This document shows positions 1 to 13,246 of a DNA stretch of 64,000 bases, piece after piece. The notes beneath the pieces are model-generated. The model had not been told where the DNA came from and did no database searches. It saw nothing but the letters and a program-made list of their open reading frames with translations. The DNA is from an uncultured delta proteobacterium (lineage in GTDB: Bacteria > Desulfobacterota > Binatia > UBA9968): NCBI GenBank assembly GCA_963771465.1, contig CAVYTU010000009.1, positions 64,001 through 128,000 on the forward strand, given 5' to 3'. A program made the position numbers and the translations under genes. Numbering within the stretch: the first letter of the stretch is position 1; each line of letters begins with the position of its first letter.

Positions 1-265
1 CGATGTCGATATCATAACGCCGCTTGTACCAACCGGCGATGGCGCAACGCAGCTTATAAATACCGCGGGAAACCGAGTAGCGGTGATTAGCGGGCTTGGA
101 TGCGGCCTCGATCAACTTTGCCACCACATGTGGCGGCGTGGGCAAATCGGGATTGCCCATGCCGAAGTCAACGATGTCTTCGCCCCTATGCCGCGCTTCC
201 ATCTTCATGCCATCGATGATGCTGAAGACATAGGGCGGCAGCCGCTTTATCCGCTGAAATTCCAC
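1..265 (-). CDS. alaC: PLP-dependent aminotransferase class I/II (AlaC-like), 5' part only; runs off the window
   Basis: Hand translation from GTG 265: [48 protein letters not shown]...[13 protein letters not shown]. Not in the ORF track because there is no stop in the window. Confidence 0.8.
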   Translation of the reverse strand, partial: MEFQRIKRLPPYVFSIIDGMKMEARHRGEDIVDFGMGNPDLPTPPHVVAKLIEAASKPANHRYSVSRGIYKLRCAIAGWYKRRYDIDI

Positions 266-391
266 GCTCGCTACCTTATCCTTTCTGGAATTGGGAAAAT
301 GTTTTTCTATTTATAAGGCATCACTTGAGTCCGTGCAAACAGACAATACTTGCTAGGTCCAAACCCGGAAAACCGTGCGGCATCGCTGTGG

Positions 392-2596
392 TTATCCCAC
401 CGTTCCCAACTGCAAACGCTTACCCCATCGATGCCTAAGCAACTCGCGCATGCCGGCCGACTCTTTGCTTTTCAACTGCGGATCTTTATCCAGCCACGCC
501 AGAGCTTCTTGGCGCGCTTCGATTAGCAAACGCGCGTCGCGGATGAGATTGGCCAAACGAAAGTCTACTAATCCTGATTGCCGGGTGCCGAGAAATTCGC
601 CAGGGCCGCGCAGTTGGAGGTCGGCTTCGGCGATTTTGAAGCCATCGGATTCCTTTTCCATTACGCGCAAGCGTTCACCTGCGACCGTGCCGCCGGCGCC
701 GTGATTGACGAGAAAGCACAATCCCGCTGCGCTGCCGCGCCCGACCCGCCCACGCAGCTGATGGAGTTGCGATAGGCCGAAACGCTCGGCGTGCTCGACG
801 ACGATCACCGTTGCGTTCGAAATGTCGATGCCGACTTCGATGACGGTGGTGGCGACGAGAATGGCTAGCTTGCCGTCTCGGAACTCGCGCATGACGGCGT
901 CGCGCTCATCCGTCTTCATCCGGCCATGGGCCAAACCGACGCCGAAATCCTTGAACATCGTCTGGCGCATCTTCTCGGCCATCTGCGTGGCGTCGCGCAC
1001 TTCTTGGAGCTGCTCGGACGCTTCAACTAGGGGCAAGACGACGAAAGCCTGATGGCCGCGCTTGAGCTCTTCGAGCACCAGCGAATAAAGCTGCTTGCGT
1101 TCCCGCTCGGCAAAAACTTTTGTCCGAATCGGCGTCCGCCCCGGCGGCATTTCATCGACGTAGGAGACTTCCATGTCGCCGTAGAGCACCATGGCGAGAC
1201 TGCGCGGGATCGGCGTCGCGCTCATGAGCAATATATGCGGCTCGCGCTTGCCGGCGGCGGCACCGACCAACTGCTGCAGCGACAAGCGCTGCATGACGCC
1301 GAAGCGATGCTGCTCGTCGATGACGCCCAAGCCCATGAGCGGCATGCGCACCTCGTCTTGAATCAAAGCATGGGTGCCGACGATGAATTGGATCTCGCCG
1401 TTGGCGATGCGCGGGAGCAAAACTTTGCGTTCGCGCGCCGGCGTCGACGCCGTGAGCAGCGCAGCTGAAACGCCAAGCGCGTGCGCGAACGTCAGCAAAT
1501 TGCGAAAATGCTGTTCGGCGAGCATTTCTGTCGGCGCCATCCAGACCGCCTGGTGACCCTGTTCGATCACTTGCAGGGAAGCCAGCCAGGCCACCATGGT
1601 TTTGCCGGAACCGACATCGCCTTGCACCAGGCGGTGCATGGGATGATCAGCCGCGAGGTCGTTTTGGATTTCCCCCAGCACCCGCGCTTGCGCGCCGGTG
1701 AGCTTGAACGGCAGTAGCTGGTGCATACGCATGGACAGCTTGTCGTTGCGTCCCGACATTCTGGGACCCGAGCTGCGCCGCCGCCAGTGTTTGCGCAAGC
1801 CCAGGCCCAATTGCAGAAAGAACAACTCTTCGAACACAATCGTGCGATGTGCCGGCGACGCCGCTTCGTTCAGGGCGTCCAAATCGACGTCGAGCGGCGG
1901 TTGGTGCAGCTGCGCCAAGGCGGTGGATACGGATAACAAACCTTGGCGTTTGGCAATCGCTGGCGGCAGCCGATTAGGTACGCAGCCGCCAAACTGTGCG
2001 AGCGCCTGCCCGGCCAATTTACGAATGAACGATAAGGGTAACCCGCCCGGCCGCAAATAAACCGGCAGCACCCGGCGCAGGCTCGCATCGTCGCCGGCGT
2101 CGATCACCTCAAAGTCGGGGTGAACGATGCGCATTCTCATCTGCTGGCCGTGCTCGACTTTGCCGTGGACGAGCAGCGTCTGGCCTTTTGCCAAGCCACT
2201 GACCAAAAAACTTGGCGCGCGATACCAAACTAGATCAAGCGCCGCGGTGTCGTCGCGCACGGTCGCGGTCATCAACTGCATGCGCCGGCGCGGAATGAAT
2301 CGGCTTTGCAACATCACCAACTCGCCGACAAAACTCTCCTCCTGACCCAACTCCGCGGCGGCAATTTTCTTGAGTAGGCGCCGATCCTCGTAACGAAACG
2401 GCAAGTGATAGAGAATATCTTCGACCGTGCTCAAGCCGCTCGCTTCGAGCAACTCGGCGCGCTTGGGTCCGACCCCTTTCAAATCCTGAACCGGTGTCGC
2501 CAAGGCGCGCAGACGTTCGCGCATGGTGACAGGAGGAATCGGCTCGGCGGGATTGTCAGGCGGATTGGCTGTGACGGTAGTCATGGAATCACTCAC
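392..2596 (-). CDS. recG: ATP-dependent DNA helicase RecG
   Basis: LKGVGPKRA, QGDVGSGKT, DEQHRFG, SATPIPR, QLRGRVGRG and DLQLRGPGEFLGTRQSG motifs. Confidence 0.97.
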   Translation of the reverse strand: MSDSMTTVTANPPDNPAEPIPPVTMRERLRALATPVQDLKGVGPKRAELLEASGLSTVEDILYHLPFRYEDRRLLKKIAAAELGQEESFVGELVMLQSRFIPRRRMQLMTATVRDDTAALDLVWYRAPSFLVSGLAKGQTLLVHGKVEHGQQMRMRIVHPDFEVIDAGDDASLRRVLPVYLRPGGLPLSFIRKLAGQALAQFGGCVPNRLPPAIAKRQGLLSVSTALAQLHQPPLDVDLDALNEAASPAHRTIVFEELFFLQLGLGLRKHWRRRSSGPRMSGRNDKLSMRMHQLLPFKLTGAQARVLGEIQNDLAADHPMHRLVQGDVGSGKTMVAWLASLQVIEQGHQAVWMAPTEMLAEQHFRNLLTFAHALGVSAALLTASTPARERKVLLPRIANGEIQFIVGTHALIQDEVRMPLMGLGVIDEQHRFGVMQRLSLQQLVGAAAGKREPHILLMSATPIPRSLAMVLYGDMEVSYVDEMPPGRTPIRTKVFAERERKQLYSLVLEELKRGHQAFVVLPLVEASEQLQEVRDATQMAEKMRQTMFKDFGVGLAHGRMKTDERDAVMREFRDGKLAILVATTVIEVGIDISNATVIVVEHAERFGLSQLHQLRGRVGRGSAAGLCFLVNHGAGGTVAGERLRVMEKESDGFKIAEADLQLRGPGEFLGTRQSGLVDFRLANLIRDARLLIEARQEALAWLDKDPQLKSKESAGMRELLRHRWGKRLQLGTVG

Positions 2597-2656
2597 CGTC
2601 GAGGATCACGACTGTCTTAAAAGCGAATCTCTTATTCCTGCGAATACGAGCGACGA

Positions 2657-5887
<3,231 letters not shown>

Positions 5888-5896
5888 GAGTTACGA

Positions 5897-7057
5897 CTAG
5901 CCTCGATGTTTTGCCATCATGTCGGTGAAGCGTTTGAACAAATAATCGGCGTCATGGGGTCCGGGCGACGATTCCGGGTGATACTGGATGGAAAATAAGG
6001 GTAGTTCGCGATGCGCCAAACCCTCCACCGTGTTGTCGTTGAGATTCAAGTGGGTCACTTGCACCGCGCCGCCAAGGGAATCGGCGTCCACGGCGAAGCC
6101 ATGATTTTGCGCGGTGATTTCGACCTTGCGTGTGGTCAGGTCCATGACCGGCTGATTGCCGCCGTGATGGCCAAACTTGAGTTTGAAAGTTTTGCCGCCA
6201 AGCGCCAAACCCATGATTTGATGCCCGAGGCAAATGCCGAAGATCGGCTTTGTGCCGATGAGCTTTTGCACGTTATCTTTGGCGTAGGGCACCGCATCGG
6301 GATCGCCTGGCCCATTGGAGAGAAAAATTCCATCGGGATTGAGCGCCAGAACTTCTTCAGCCGGCATCGTCGCCGGAACGACTTTAACCTGGCAGCCGGA
6401 CTCGGCGAGATTGCGCAGGATGTTGTACTTGATGCCAAAATCGTAGGCGACGACAAAATAATTCGGCGCAGCGAAGCTCGCTTTGCCGCGCCGCTTAGCG
6501 ATTTTGCCGCCATCGCGCTGCTTGTAACCGCCGCTCAGTCCCCACATCCCTTGGTTCCAGTCGTAGGCCTCGTCGCAGGTCACGTTCTTGACCAGATCGA
6601 CTCCAATCAATCCCGGCGACGCCTTGGCTTTGGCGACAAGCTCCGCCGGATTCGAATTGACCGTTGAGATAATTCCATCCTGGGCGCCGTGATCGCGCAG
6701 ATGGCGCACCAGCGATCGTGTGTCGATGCCCTGAATGCCGACGATGCCGTTCGTTTGCATGTATTCATGCAGCGGCTCGCGCGCGCGCCAGTTGCTCGGC
6801 TGCGCCGTGTAGTCTTTGACGATGAAGCCGCGCACGAAGGGTTTGCGCGATTCGACATCTTCTAAATTAACCCCAACATTGCCGATCTGCGGATAAGTCA
6901 TCGCCACCAATTGCCCTTCGTAAGACGGATCGGTGAGGATTTCTTGGTAGCCGGTCATGCTAGTGTTGAAAACCACCTCGCCGATCGCTTCGCCCTCCGC
7001 GCCGAAAGCGAGACCTTCGAAATATTTGCCGTCCGCCAGTGCTAAAATCGCTTTCAT
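5897..7057 (-). CDS. carA: Carbamoyl-phosphate synthase small subunit
   Basis: [33 protein letters not shown]. Confidence 0.99.
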   Translation of the reverse strand: MKAILALADGKYFEGLAFGAEGEAIGEVVFNTSMTGYQEILTDPSYEGQLVAMTYPQIGNVGVNLEDVESRKPFVRGFIVKDYTAQPSNWRAREPLHEYMQTNGIVGIQGIDTRSLVRHLRDHGAQDGIISTVNSNPAELVAKAKASPGLIGVDLVKNVTCDEAYDWNQGMWGLSGGYKQRDGGKIAKRRGKASFAAPNYFVVAYDFGIKYNILRNLAESGCQVKVVPATMPAEEVLALNPDGIFLSNGPGDPDAVPYAKDNVQKLIGTKPIFGICLGHQIMGLALGGKTFKLKFGHHGGNQPVMDLTTRKVEITAQNHGFAVDADSLGGAVQVTHLNLNDNTVEGLAHRELPLFSIQYHPESSPGPHDADYLFKRFTDMMAKHRG

Positions 7058-7059
7058 TA

Positions 7060-9012
7060 TTATGACCGCGCCGCCTTTTTTTCCCCACCGGCACTCGGCG
7101 ACTTCACGGCGTCCGCCGGGCCGATGACCGAGAAGATCACCACTTGATCTTTTTCTTCCTGTTCCAAGCCGCGCAGCTTCACCCGTACGCGATCTTTCTC
7201 GGAGCTGGGAATATTCTTGCCGACATAGTTCGGTTTCACGGGGACTTCGCGATGGCCGCGATCGATCAACACCGCCAACCGCACCGACTGCGGCCGGCCC
7301 GAACGAAAAATAATGCTCAGCGCACTCTTGACCGTGCGGCCGGTGTGGACGACGTCGTCGACTAGAATCACTTCGCGGTCTTTGAGGCTGAGCGGCGCGG
7401 CGTCTGGATCGGCTGGCGCCAGACGCTTGATCTCGTCGCCCGAGCCGTAAATTTCGATCTCGCCCAATTCGATTTTACGCTTGCGCTGGGTTTCGATTTC
7501 CGCGGCGATGCGCTGCGCCAACTGCGAGCCGACGCTGCGCACGCCGAGAATCAGCAAGCGATCCGGATCGCGGCAGTCGCGCAAAATTTGCCGGCTCATC
7601 TCCGCCAACGCCGAGGCGATTTCCACGTCATTCATGAGCGCCCGCTGCGGCCCGCTTTTTATCGGCTCGTAGCCAAGCTCTTCGGCTTCCTTGATCGAAT
7701 TGAAGATCGCCAGTTGTTTCTTCTCCAGCCAGCCGTCAATCTGGCCGGCGAGCGAATGATCATAGGAGCAATAGCGTTTGCTCTTCACGTCACCGACAAA
7801 CTGCACCTTGAAGCGATGATCGCAATAAGCGCAGCCAAGGATCAGCGTGCCGTTCTCGCCCACGGTGAACAATTCGAAACGCTTATCGGTCGACACCGGC
7901 TCTTTCAGAGTCACGCAGTTGGGATTGTGACACTGCGGTCCGAGCTTCTCCGGACTTTTGTAGGCGGGCGCTTTGTTAATTGGCGCGGCGGCTTTAGCCT
8001 CACGCCGGTCAAAGAGAAACTTTAGTAGCGCCATGCGCACCGGCACGCCGTAAGCCGCCTGTTTGAAATAAATTCCGCGCCAGTCTCTGTCCAGTTCCGG
8101 CGATAGCTCGTCGACTCGCGGCAGCGGATGCATGACCACGGTGTCTTGAAAACGCTGCTCGCGCAAAAACTCCGGACCGATGGTCGGGTAACTGGCGTCG
8201 GCCGCGCCGTCCTTCATGCGCTCTTTTTGCTTACGCGTCATGTAAAAGGCGTCGTAGCGCAGACCGGTCGCCAACGAATTCAATCGTGCTTGAATCACCT
8301 CATCGACTTGGGTGAAGAGCGCCAACTGATGCGGCTGCTTGGGGGTTAAATATAAGGCGTCAGTTTCCGTCATCACGGCACTCAAGTCATCGGACGCCAT
8401 CGGCGCCAGAGCGTAATCATATTCCCGCTCCAAGCGTTCAAGCACATATTGCGGCAGCTCCATGCCGTTGGCCGCCAAGGTGACCACGTTGGCGCCAAAG
8501 CGCGCCAGCGCGAATACCAGAGAATGAATCGTCCGGCCGTTTTTGAGATCGCCGCACACGACCACTGTCAAACCTTTGAGCGCGCCCTTTTCTTGGCGTA
8601 GCGTGTAGAGATCGCACAGCGTCTGGGTCGGATGCTCATGACCGCCATCGCCGGCATTGATGACCGGCACGTCGGCGTGCTCGGCCATCGCTTGCACCGC
8701 GCCGTCCCAATTGTGGCGCACCACGAGAACGTCGGCGTAGGCCGAAACCACCTTGGCGGTATCCGCCAGGGTTTCTCCTTTCGCCACGGAAGACGACTTC
8801 ATGTCCGAGCAGCTGATCACCGAGCCACCCAAACGCTGCATGGCCGACTCGAACGACAACCGGGTACGCGTGCTCGGCTCGTAGAAGAGCGTCGCCATGA
8901 TCTGGCCGTTTGCCGGACACTCAGACCGTAATCGCTGGGCCGTATCGGCCAAAGAAAAAATCTCTTCGATCTCGTCGTTGGTCAGGTCGGCTATGGAAAT
9001 TAAGCTGCGCAT
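7060..9012 (-). CDS. pyrB: Aspartate carbamoyltransferase fused to a PyrI-type Zn-binding motif and a C-terminal PyrR-like PRTase domain
   Basis: [29 protein letters not shown], then CHNPNC...CAYC, then [13 protein letters not shown]...DRGHREVP...VGKNIP in one frame. Start is 9012 or 9024. Confidence 0.9.
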   Translation of the reverse strand: MRSLISIADLTNDEIEEIFSLADTAQRLRSECPANGQIMATLFYEPSTRTRLSFESAMQRLGGSVISCSDMKSSSVAKGETLADTAKVVSAYADVLVVRHNWDGAVQAMAEHADVPVINAGDGGHEHPTQTLCDLYTLRQEKGALKGLTVVVCGDLKNGRTIHSLVFALARFGANVVTLAANGMELPQYVLERLEREYDYALAPMASDDLSAVMTETDALYLTPKQPHQLALFTQVDEVIQARLNSLATGLRYDAFYMTRKQKERMKDGAADASYPTIGPEFLREQRFQDTVVMHPLPRVDELSPELDRDWRGIYFKQAAYGVPVRMALLKFLFDRREAKAAAPINKAPAYKSPEKLGPQCHNPNCVTLKEPVSTDKRFELFTVGENGTLILGCAYCDHRFKVQFVGDVKSKRYCSYDHSLAGQIDGWLEKKQLAIFNSIKEAEELGYEPIKSGPQRALMNDVEIASALAEMSRQILRDCRDPDRLLILGVRSVGSQLAQRIAAEIETQRKRKIELGEIEIYGSGDEIKRLAPADPDAAPLSLKDREVILVDDVVHTGRTVKSALSIIFRSGRPQSVRLAVLIDRGHREVPVKPNYVGKNIPSSEKDRVRVKLRGLEQEEKDQVVIFSVIGPADAVKSPSAGGEKKAARS

Positions 9013-9013
9013 T

Positions 9014-9571
9014 TCAGTTCGCATTTCGGCCTTGCCAATCGGCGACGATCACTTGGTCGACGCCATCCGACTCTGCCAACAATACGTTGACCCGTTGGCC
9101 ATCCTGGGCATCGATATTTTTACCGACAACGTCGGCACGGATCGGCAGCTCCCGGGCGCCGCGATCGATCAAGACCGCGACAAGAATTCGTTTGGGCCGG
9201 CCAAGCCGCTCCACCGCCTCCATCGCCGCGCGAATGGTCCGGCCGCGAAAGATCACGTCGTCGATCAGGACTACGACTTTGTCGTCGACCGCGACTTGGA
9301 CTTCGAAAGCGCCGACAGCCGGCAATTCCGATCGCTGGCTTCGGTCATCACGATAGGGCGTGACATCGATAACGCCGACCGGCGGCGCCAGGTGATTCAT
9401 TTCCTCAAGCTTGCGCGCCAGCCGGCGCGCCAAATGCACCCCGCGTGAGCGAATCCCGATGAGCACCAATTCACGAGGTGTTGACGCCTTCTCGACAATC
9501 TCATGCGCCATCCGCGTGATGACCCGGACGAGATCGTCGCCCTGCAAGACAATTTTTCGCTCTTGGGCCAT
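9014..9571 (-). CDS. pyrR: Pyrimidine operon attenuation protein / UPRTase PyrR
   Basis: ITRMAHEI, GIRSRG, PYRDD, DDVIFRGRT, DRGARELPI. Confidence 0.93.
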   Translation of the reverse strand: MAQERKIVLQGDDLVRVITRMAHEIVEKASTPRELVLIGIRSRGVHLARRLARKLEEMNHLAPPVGVIDVTPYRDDRSQRSELPAVGAFEVQVAVDDKVVVLIDDVIFRGRTIRAAMEAVERLGRPKRILVAVLIDRGARELPIRADVVGKNIDAQDGQRVNVLLAESDGVDQVIVADWQGRNAN

Positions 9572-9608
9572 AAAAAAAGACTCCGTCGGCGTTACCGAGA
9601 GAGTCTTT
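9572..9608 (-). terminator. Attenuator terminator in the pyr leader, overlapping the pyrR ribosome-binding site
   Basis: Minus strand AAAGACTC-loop-GAGTCTTTTTTT immediately before the pyrR ATG. Confidence 0.8.
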
Positions 9609-9646
9609 GCGCGCGCGAATTATGTAAGTAAATTTTGCTCATGTCG

Positions 9647-9679
9647 CCTTTTCCGATCTCGCAGGATCGAATTAAAAGG
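9647..9679 (-). promoter_or_regulatory. PyrR-binding RNA stem-loop (anti-antiterminator)
   Basis: Minus strand CCTTTTAATTCGATCCTGCGAGATCGGAAAAGG: CCUUUU/AAAAGG outer stem and a CNGNGA hexaloop matching the UCCNGNGAG consensus. Confidence 0.85.
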
Positions 9680-9889
9680 TATGAGTTTTTGTAACTTGGG
9701 TGCGGCCGATTGTCAACGAATAGCGCGTAAAATTTTCGAAGGGCCAAAGTGTGTTGGCTGACCGGGTCGTCTCTGCCGCACGGATCTTACGAATGTTTTG
9801 ATAAAATGGTCTCGATCCGCAAAGAATCTGGCGTCTATAGCAAACGAATTCTAGCTCTCTCTCGCTAGCGTTGTTGCCGCGGCCAATTG

Positions 9890-10096
9890 TCAAGGCATTC
9901 GAACGTGTAGGCGAGCAGGATCAAGACGAGTGCGGAACGTGCGGTTACCCCGGATCACAATCCATGCGAGCCGGTAATTACAACGCAGGCATTGGCCGTT
10001 GACGGCTTGCGAGCGGGTGTTGCGTGCAGGTTCTCGCAGGATGATTCCTACGTGGCCGTTACACCGTGGGCAGGTGCGCGTTAAATAACGAACCAT
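9890..10096 (-). CDS. Small Zn-ribbon-like hypothetical protein
   Basis: MVRYLTRTCPRCNG...CLRCNY, two CxxC pairs. Confidence 0.5.
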   Translation of the reverse strand: MVRYLTRTCPRCNGHVGIILREPARNTRSQAVNGQCLRCNYRLAWIVIRGNRTFRTRLDPARLHVRMP

Positions 10097-10596
10097 CAGC
10101 TTAACGCCTTGCGCATCCTGGCGATTTGAGTTTCTGATGGTCACTTGCCGCCCAAGATCAACCGCCATCCTCTCAGTTGGAAACCGCAGACGGCACAATA
10201 GGCCAATAGGGCAAGCTGTCGGCTTTGGGGTGAAGGTTGGCTTATGACGACGCCGAAGTAATCACGGCACTTAGGGCATTTGCGTGAAATGTACTTGGCC
10301 ATGGTGGGCGATATATCGCAGTGACCACCGGAGCGTCAACTTATGCTATTGGACTCTGGCGTCCCAGTCCAATCGCCAATGGGTTGAGGAGTTTGACTCT
10401 GGTCTAGCGGACGAAATAGGCTGCGGCCAGTCGCGAGATAGGCCGCCATGCCGCGCAGTGGACTTGCCCTCGCCACAGTTGGTACCGAGTTGGCAATAGA
10501 AATGTTCATGATGGGAAAGGGCTTTTGGAATAATGCTGTTACTTATAAAGGGTCGGTCAAATCACTAACAGCTTGTTTCGTCATAGGAGGTCAACC

Positions 10597-10884
10597 ATGT
10601 ACGCAGTGATACGTCGATATCAGTTCGATCCGAAATCGAGTGAAGAGATAAGTCGCCGCATTAGAGAGGGCTTCATCCCGCTCCTCCGTAAAACGCCCGG
10701 CTTTGTGACATATCATTGGCTGGATACGGGGAATGGTGTGGGGGCCTCAATGGGTGTCTTTGAAGATAAAGCTGGGACGGAGGAGTCGGTCCGCCTCGCA
10801 GCGGCCTTTGTCCAGCAACATTTGGCCGGGTTGCTGGGTAAGCCTGAGGTCATCACCCAGGGCGAAGTGAAGGCCCACGCATGA
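10597..10884 (+). CDS. ABM-like dimeric alpha-beta barrel protein
   Basis: AGGAGG RBS; MYAVIRRY...GFIPLLRKTPGF...SMGVFED pattern. Confidence 0.7.
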   Translation: MYAVIRRYQFDPKSSEEISRRIREGFIPLLRKTPGFVTYHWLDTGNGVGASMGVFEDKAGTEESVRLAAAFVQQHLAGLLGKPEVITQGEVKAHA

Positions 10885-11127
10885 CGTGAGACGATAGAGC
10901 AACCAAATAGCGAGCCGTGTCTTCTCGTAGATCGCAACTCAATTTGAGAAGAACAAATGGGGACAGGTTGCTTTAGATTCCCGAGGTCCAAAAATCCAGC
11001 CTGATGTCCCTTTTTTAGCCCGCAACGGAGCTGCCGCTCGTCGTTTTCGCCCTCCGGCTAGGCGCAGATCCGGGGACGTGCGAGAGGCGAGACTCTTTTG
11101 GTCGGAGCGGCGTGCGAGACTGGGTCT

Positions 11128-11179
11128 GTCTAACAAGCCGTTGAAGCAGACGGGCGCGCTTAACGGCGGTACGTTAGGC
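11128..11179 (+). mobile_element. Isolated integron attC-like recombination site
   Basis: GTCTAAC (R'') ... GCCGTTGAAGC / GCTTAACGGC (L boxes with one extrahelical G) ... GTTAGGC (R'). Confidence 0.65.
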
Positions 11180-11265
11180 GTCGGGACACTACACTCCGAC
11201 ATCGGCTGGACAGGATTAGCCGGTAGTCCATGTTAACCCAATGACTTCTTACGCAAGGACAAACG

Positions 11266-11545
11266 ATGAATGCTAGAGTTTTGTTGGCGACCGCCGCAGG
11301 AGCCGTAACGATATTATTCTTGGATATCTAATTTATGGGGTGTTGCTCGTGTCGTACTTGAACGAACACCTGGTTTAGTACGCGGGCTTGAATAAGGAAC
11401 CGACGCCAGATTTTGTTCCGCTCATTTTTTCAAATCTGGTTGTGGCTTTTCTGTTGGCCTACATCTTCGATACTTGGGCGAAAATCCGAACGGTTATTGG
11501 CGGGTTTAAAGGTGGAGCAATCATCATGTTTCTCATGGCAGCATT
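11266..11545 (+). pseudogene. Membrane protein pseudogene (DUF1761-like)
   Basis: MNARVLLATAAGAVTILF / GYLIYGVLL...HLV*YAGLNKEPTPDFVPLIFSNL: one frameshift, an internal TAG and 3' truncation. Confidence 0.5.
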
Positions 11546-12367
11546 CGAACCTCCGTCACGGTTCCTCGTGAACTTGATTTCGAGTCTCGTGAAGATTAGC
11601 GAGACCGACAACCAACAGCAAAAGCCAACAGAAAATCCGCGGCTCTCTCCCCTCTTCTCTGTGCATGAATGCTCGTGTTTTTCGATACAACTAGCACAAA
11701 ACAGGCACAGTAAATAATAATGGCAACGACCGGCGGACGCCCGTCCAAAAACTCTTTCGCTCAAAATCACGCCTACCGCTTGAATCGCTGGAATTTACTA
11801 CCCTACAATTTTTCAAAATATTTTGCCGTGGCCCAGGTTGTCGACTCGCATGTCACGCCGAATTGCAGAACTCTTGGAACACAGTCGAATGCTACGACAA
11901 GAGTCGTGCGCACTCGCCAACGCCTGGAAACCAATTCGGAACGGGCGAAAGAAGTAGTTGCGGCCGCAAAAGAGAAAATTGAGTTCATCCGAATGATTCT
12001 CCGCGAGCTAGCTTCAAAACGTCACCGTCAATCAAACTCTTGAACGATTTTCTAATGCGCCGAACGCCCAAAACACGGTCAAAAACGATTTCGTCGCCAC
12101 CGGCCAATCGCTGGCGCTGGCGAAGGGACGAGGCGGACGTGGCGTTAGTTGAGGGCCTCGATCTAGCGCGGCAAGTATATTCTGAAGGGCGGACAGGATC
12201 GCCAATCTCAATTTTTTTTGAATTTCCTTGAAACCGAGCTTCTCACGTACAGGCTTTGATAACTTTACCAAACAGCGCGCAAAACCCGACAATCGACCGA
12301 GATTCTTCTGTCGCCTCTTTACGGTCGAATTTCTCTTTCAACTCTTGGCATTGCCGATTCGCCGAGA

Positions 12368-12406
12368 ATAAGGGAAATCGTATAAAGAAATCAGTAAAAC
12401 CCTGAT
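12368..12406 (+). promoter_or_regulatory. 17-bp palindromic operator plus upstream secondary site
   Basis: ATCAGTAAAACCCTGAT at 12390-12406 and ATAAGGGAAATCGTATA 22 bp upstream. Confidence 0.65.
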
Positions 12407-12550
12407 AGTCGGCAAAGGTGAGTCTGTTAGAGATAGATAGGAGAAAAAGGTTGTTTAAATTAACGGATACTTCCACCGCTGTGCAACTCGCATCAAGCGG
12501 TAGGCGCAACGATCTCCGGCGAATGGGGATCAGAAAAGGACAGGAGAACG

Positions 12551-12958
12551 ATGAAGGTAAGATACCTAGGGAGGGGCGTTGGCCTCGCATCGGCCGCCTT
12601 GCTGGTCGCCCTTGGCACCGCCAGCGCTGACCAGTGGTTCGTGATGGGCGAGAAGCCGGTCAAGTCCACGGATCCAAACGCGGAGATCAAGGCTGAAGCG
12701 GGGAAGTTTTGGAAGGAAGACATCAAGAAGACGAAGGTCACGGTCGAGGGCGCTGACGTGGAGCTCACGAAGGTCGTCCTCCGCTGGAAGGGTCGTAAGG
12801 ACGACACCATCACGAATGTCGGAGTCGTGAAGTCGGGAGGATCAACGGCTGAGAAGGACGCTCCAGGACGCGAGGCGACCCTCACGTCGGTCGCGGTCCA
12901 GTACAAGATCCTCGATAATAAACCGACGGCCACCCTCAAAGTTTGGGGATACGACTGA
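12551..12958 (+). CDS. Secreted beta-rich hypothetical protein
   Basis: CAGGAG RBS, signal peptide ending ASA-D, GC-biased third codon positions. Confidence 0.75.
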   Translation: MKVRYLGRGVGLASAALLVALGTASADQWFVMGEKPVKSTDPNAEIKAEAGKFWKEDIKKTKVTVEGADVELTKVVLRWKGRKDDTITNVGVVKSGGSTAEKDAPGREATLTSVAVQYKILDNKPTATLKVWGYD

Positions 12959-13246
12959 GCAGGGTGTAAACCACCGACCAGCGGACATGTAGCCGCGATC
13001 AACGCGCCGAAGGCGAGGCGATCAAGGCTCATGTTTGCTGGAGTCGAACACGGCCGCCGCGTTCACGTCCGACGGACATGGCTGGCGAGGCTTCGGGAGA
13101 ACGCAGACCGCGCGTGCGCGTTTGACTTATTGGGGCGCCCGCATGCTCAGCAAGCGGCATCCTTTTTTTTGACTGCAAATAGAGTTATGGTCCTATGACT
13201 GTGTTTTAGCTATCGCGATAAAGATCAGCATGACAGCGGTGACATT

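Noticed and set aside
11720-12292. Several overlapping 60-110 aa ORFs
   Set aside because: No RBS, motif or consistent strand; probably decayed or non-coding.
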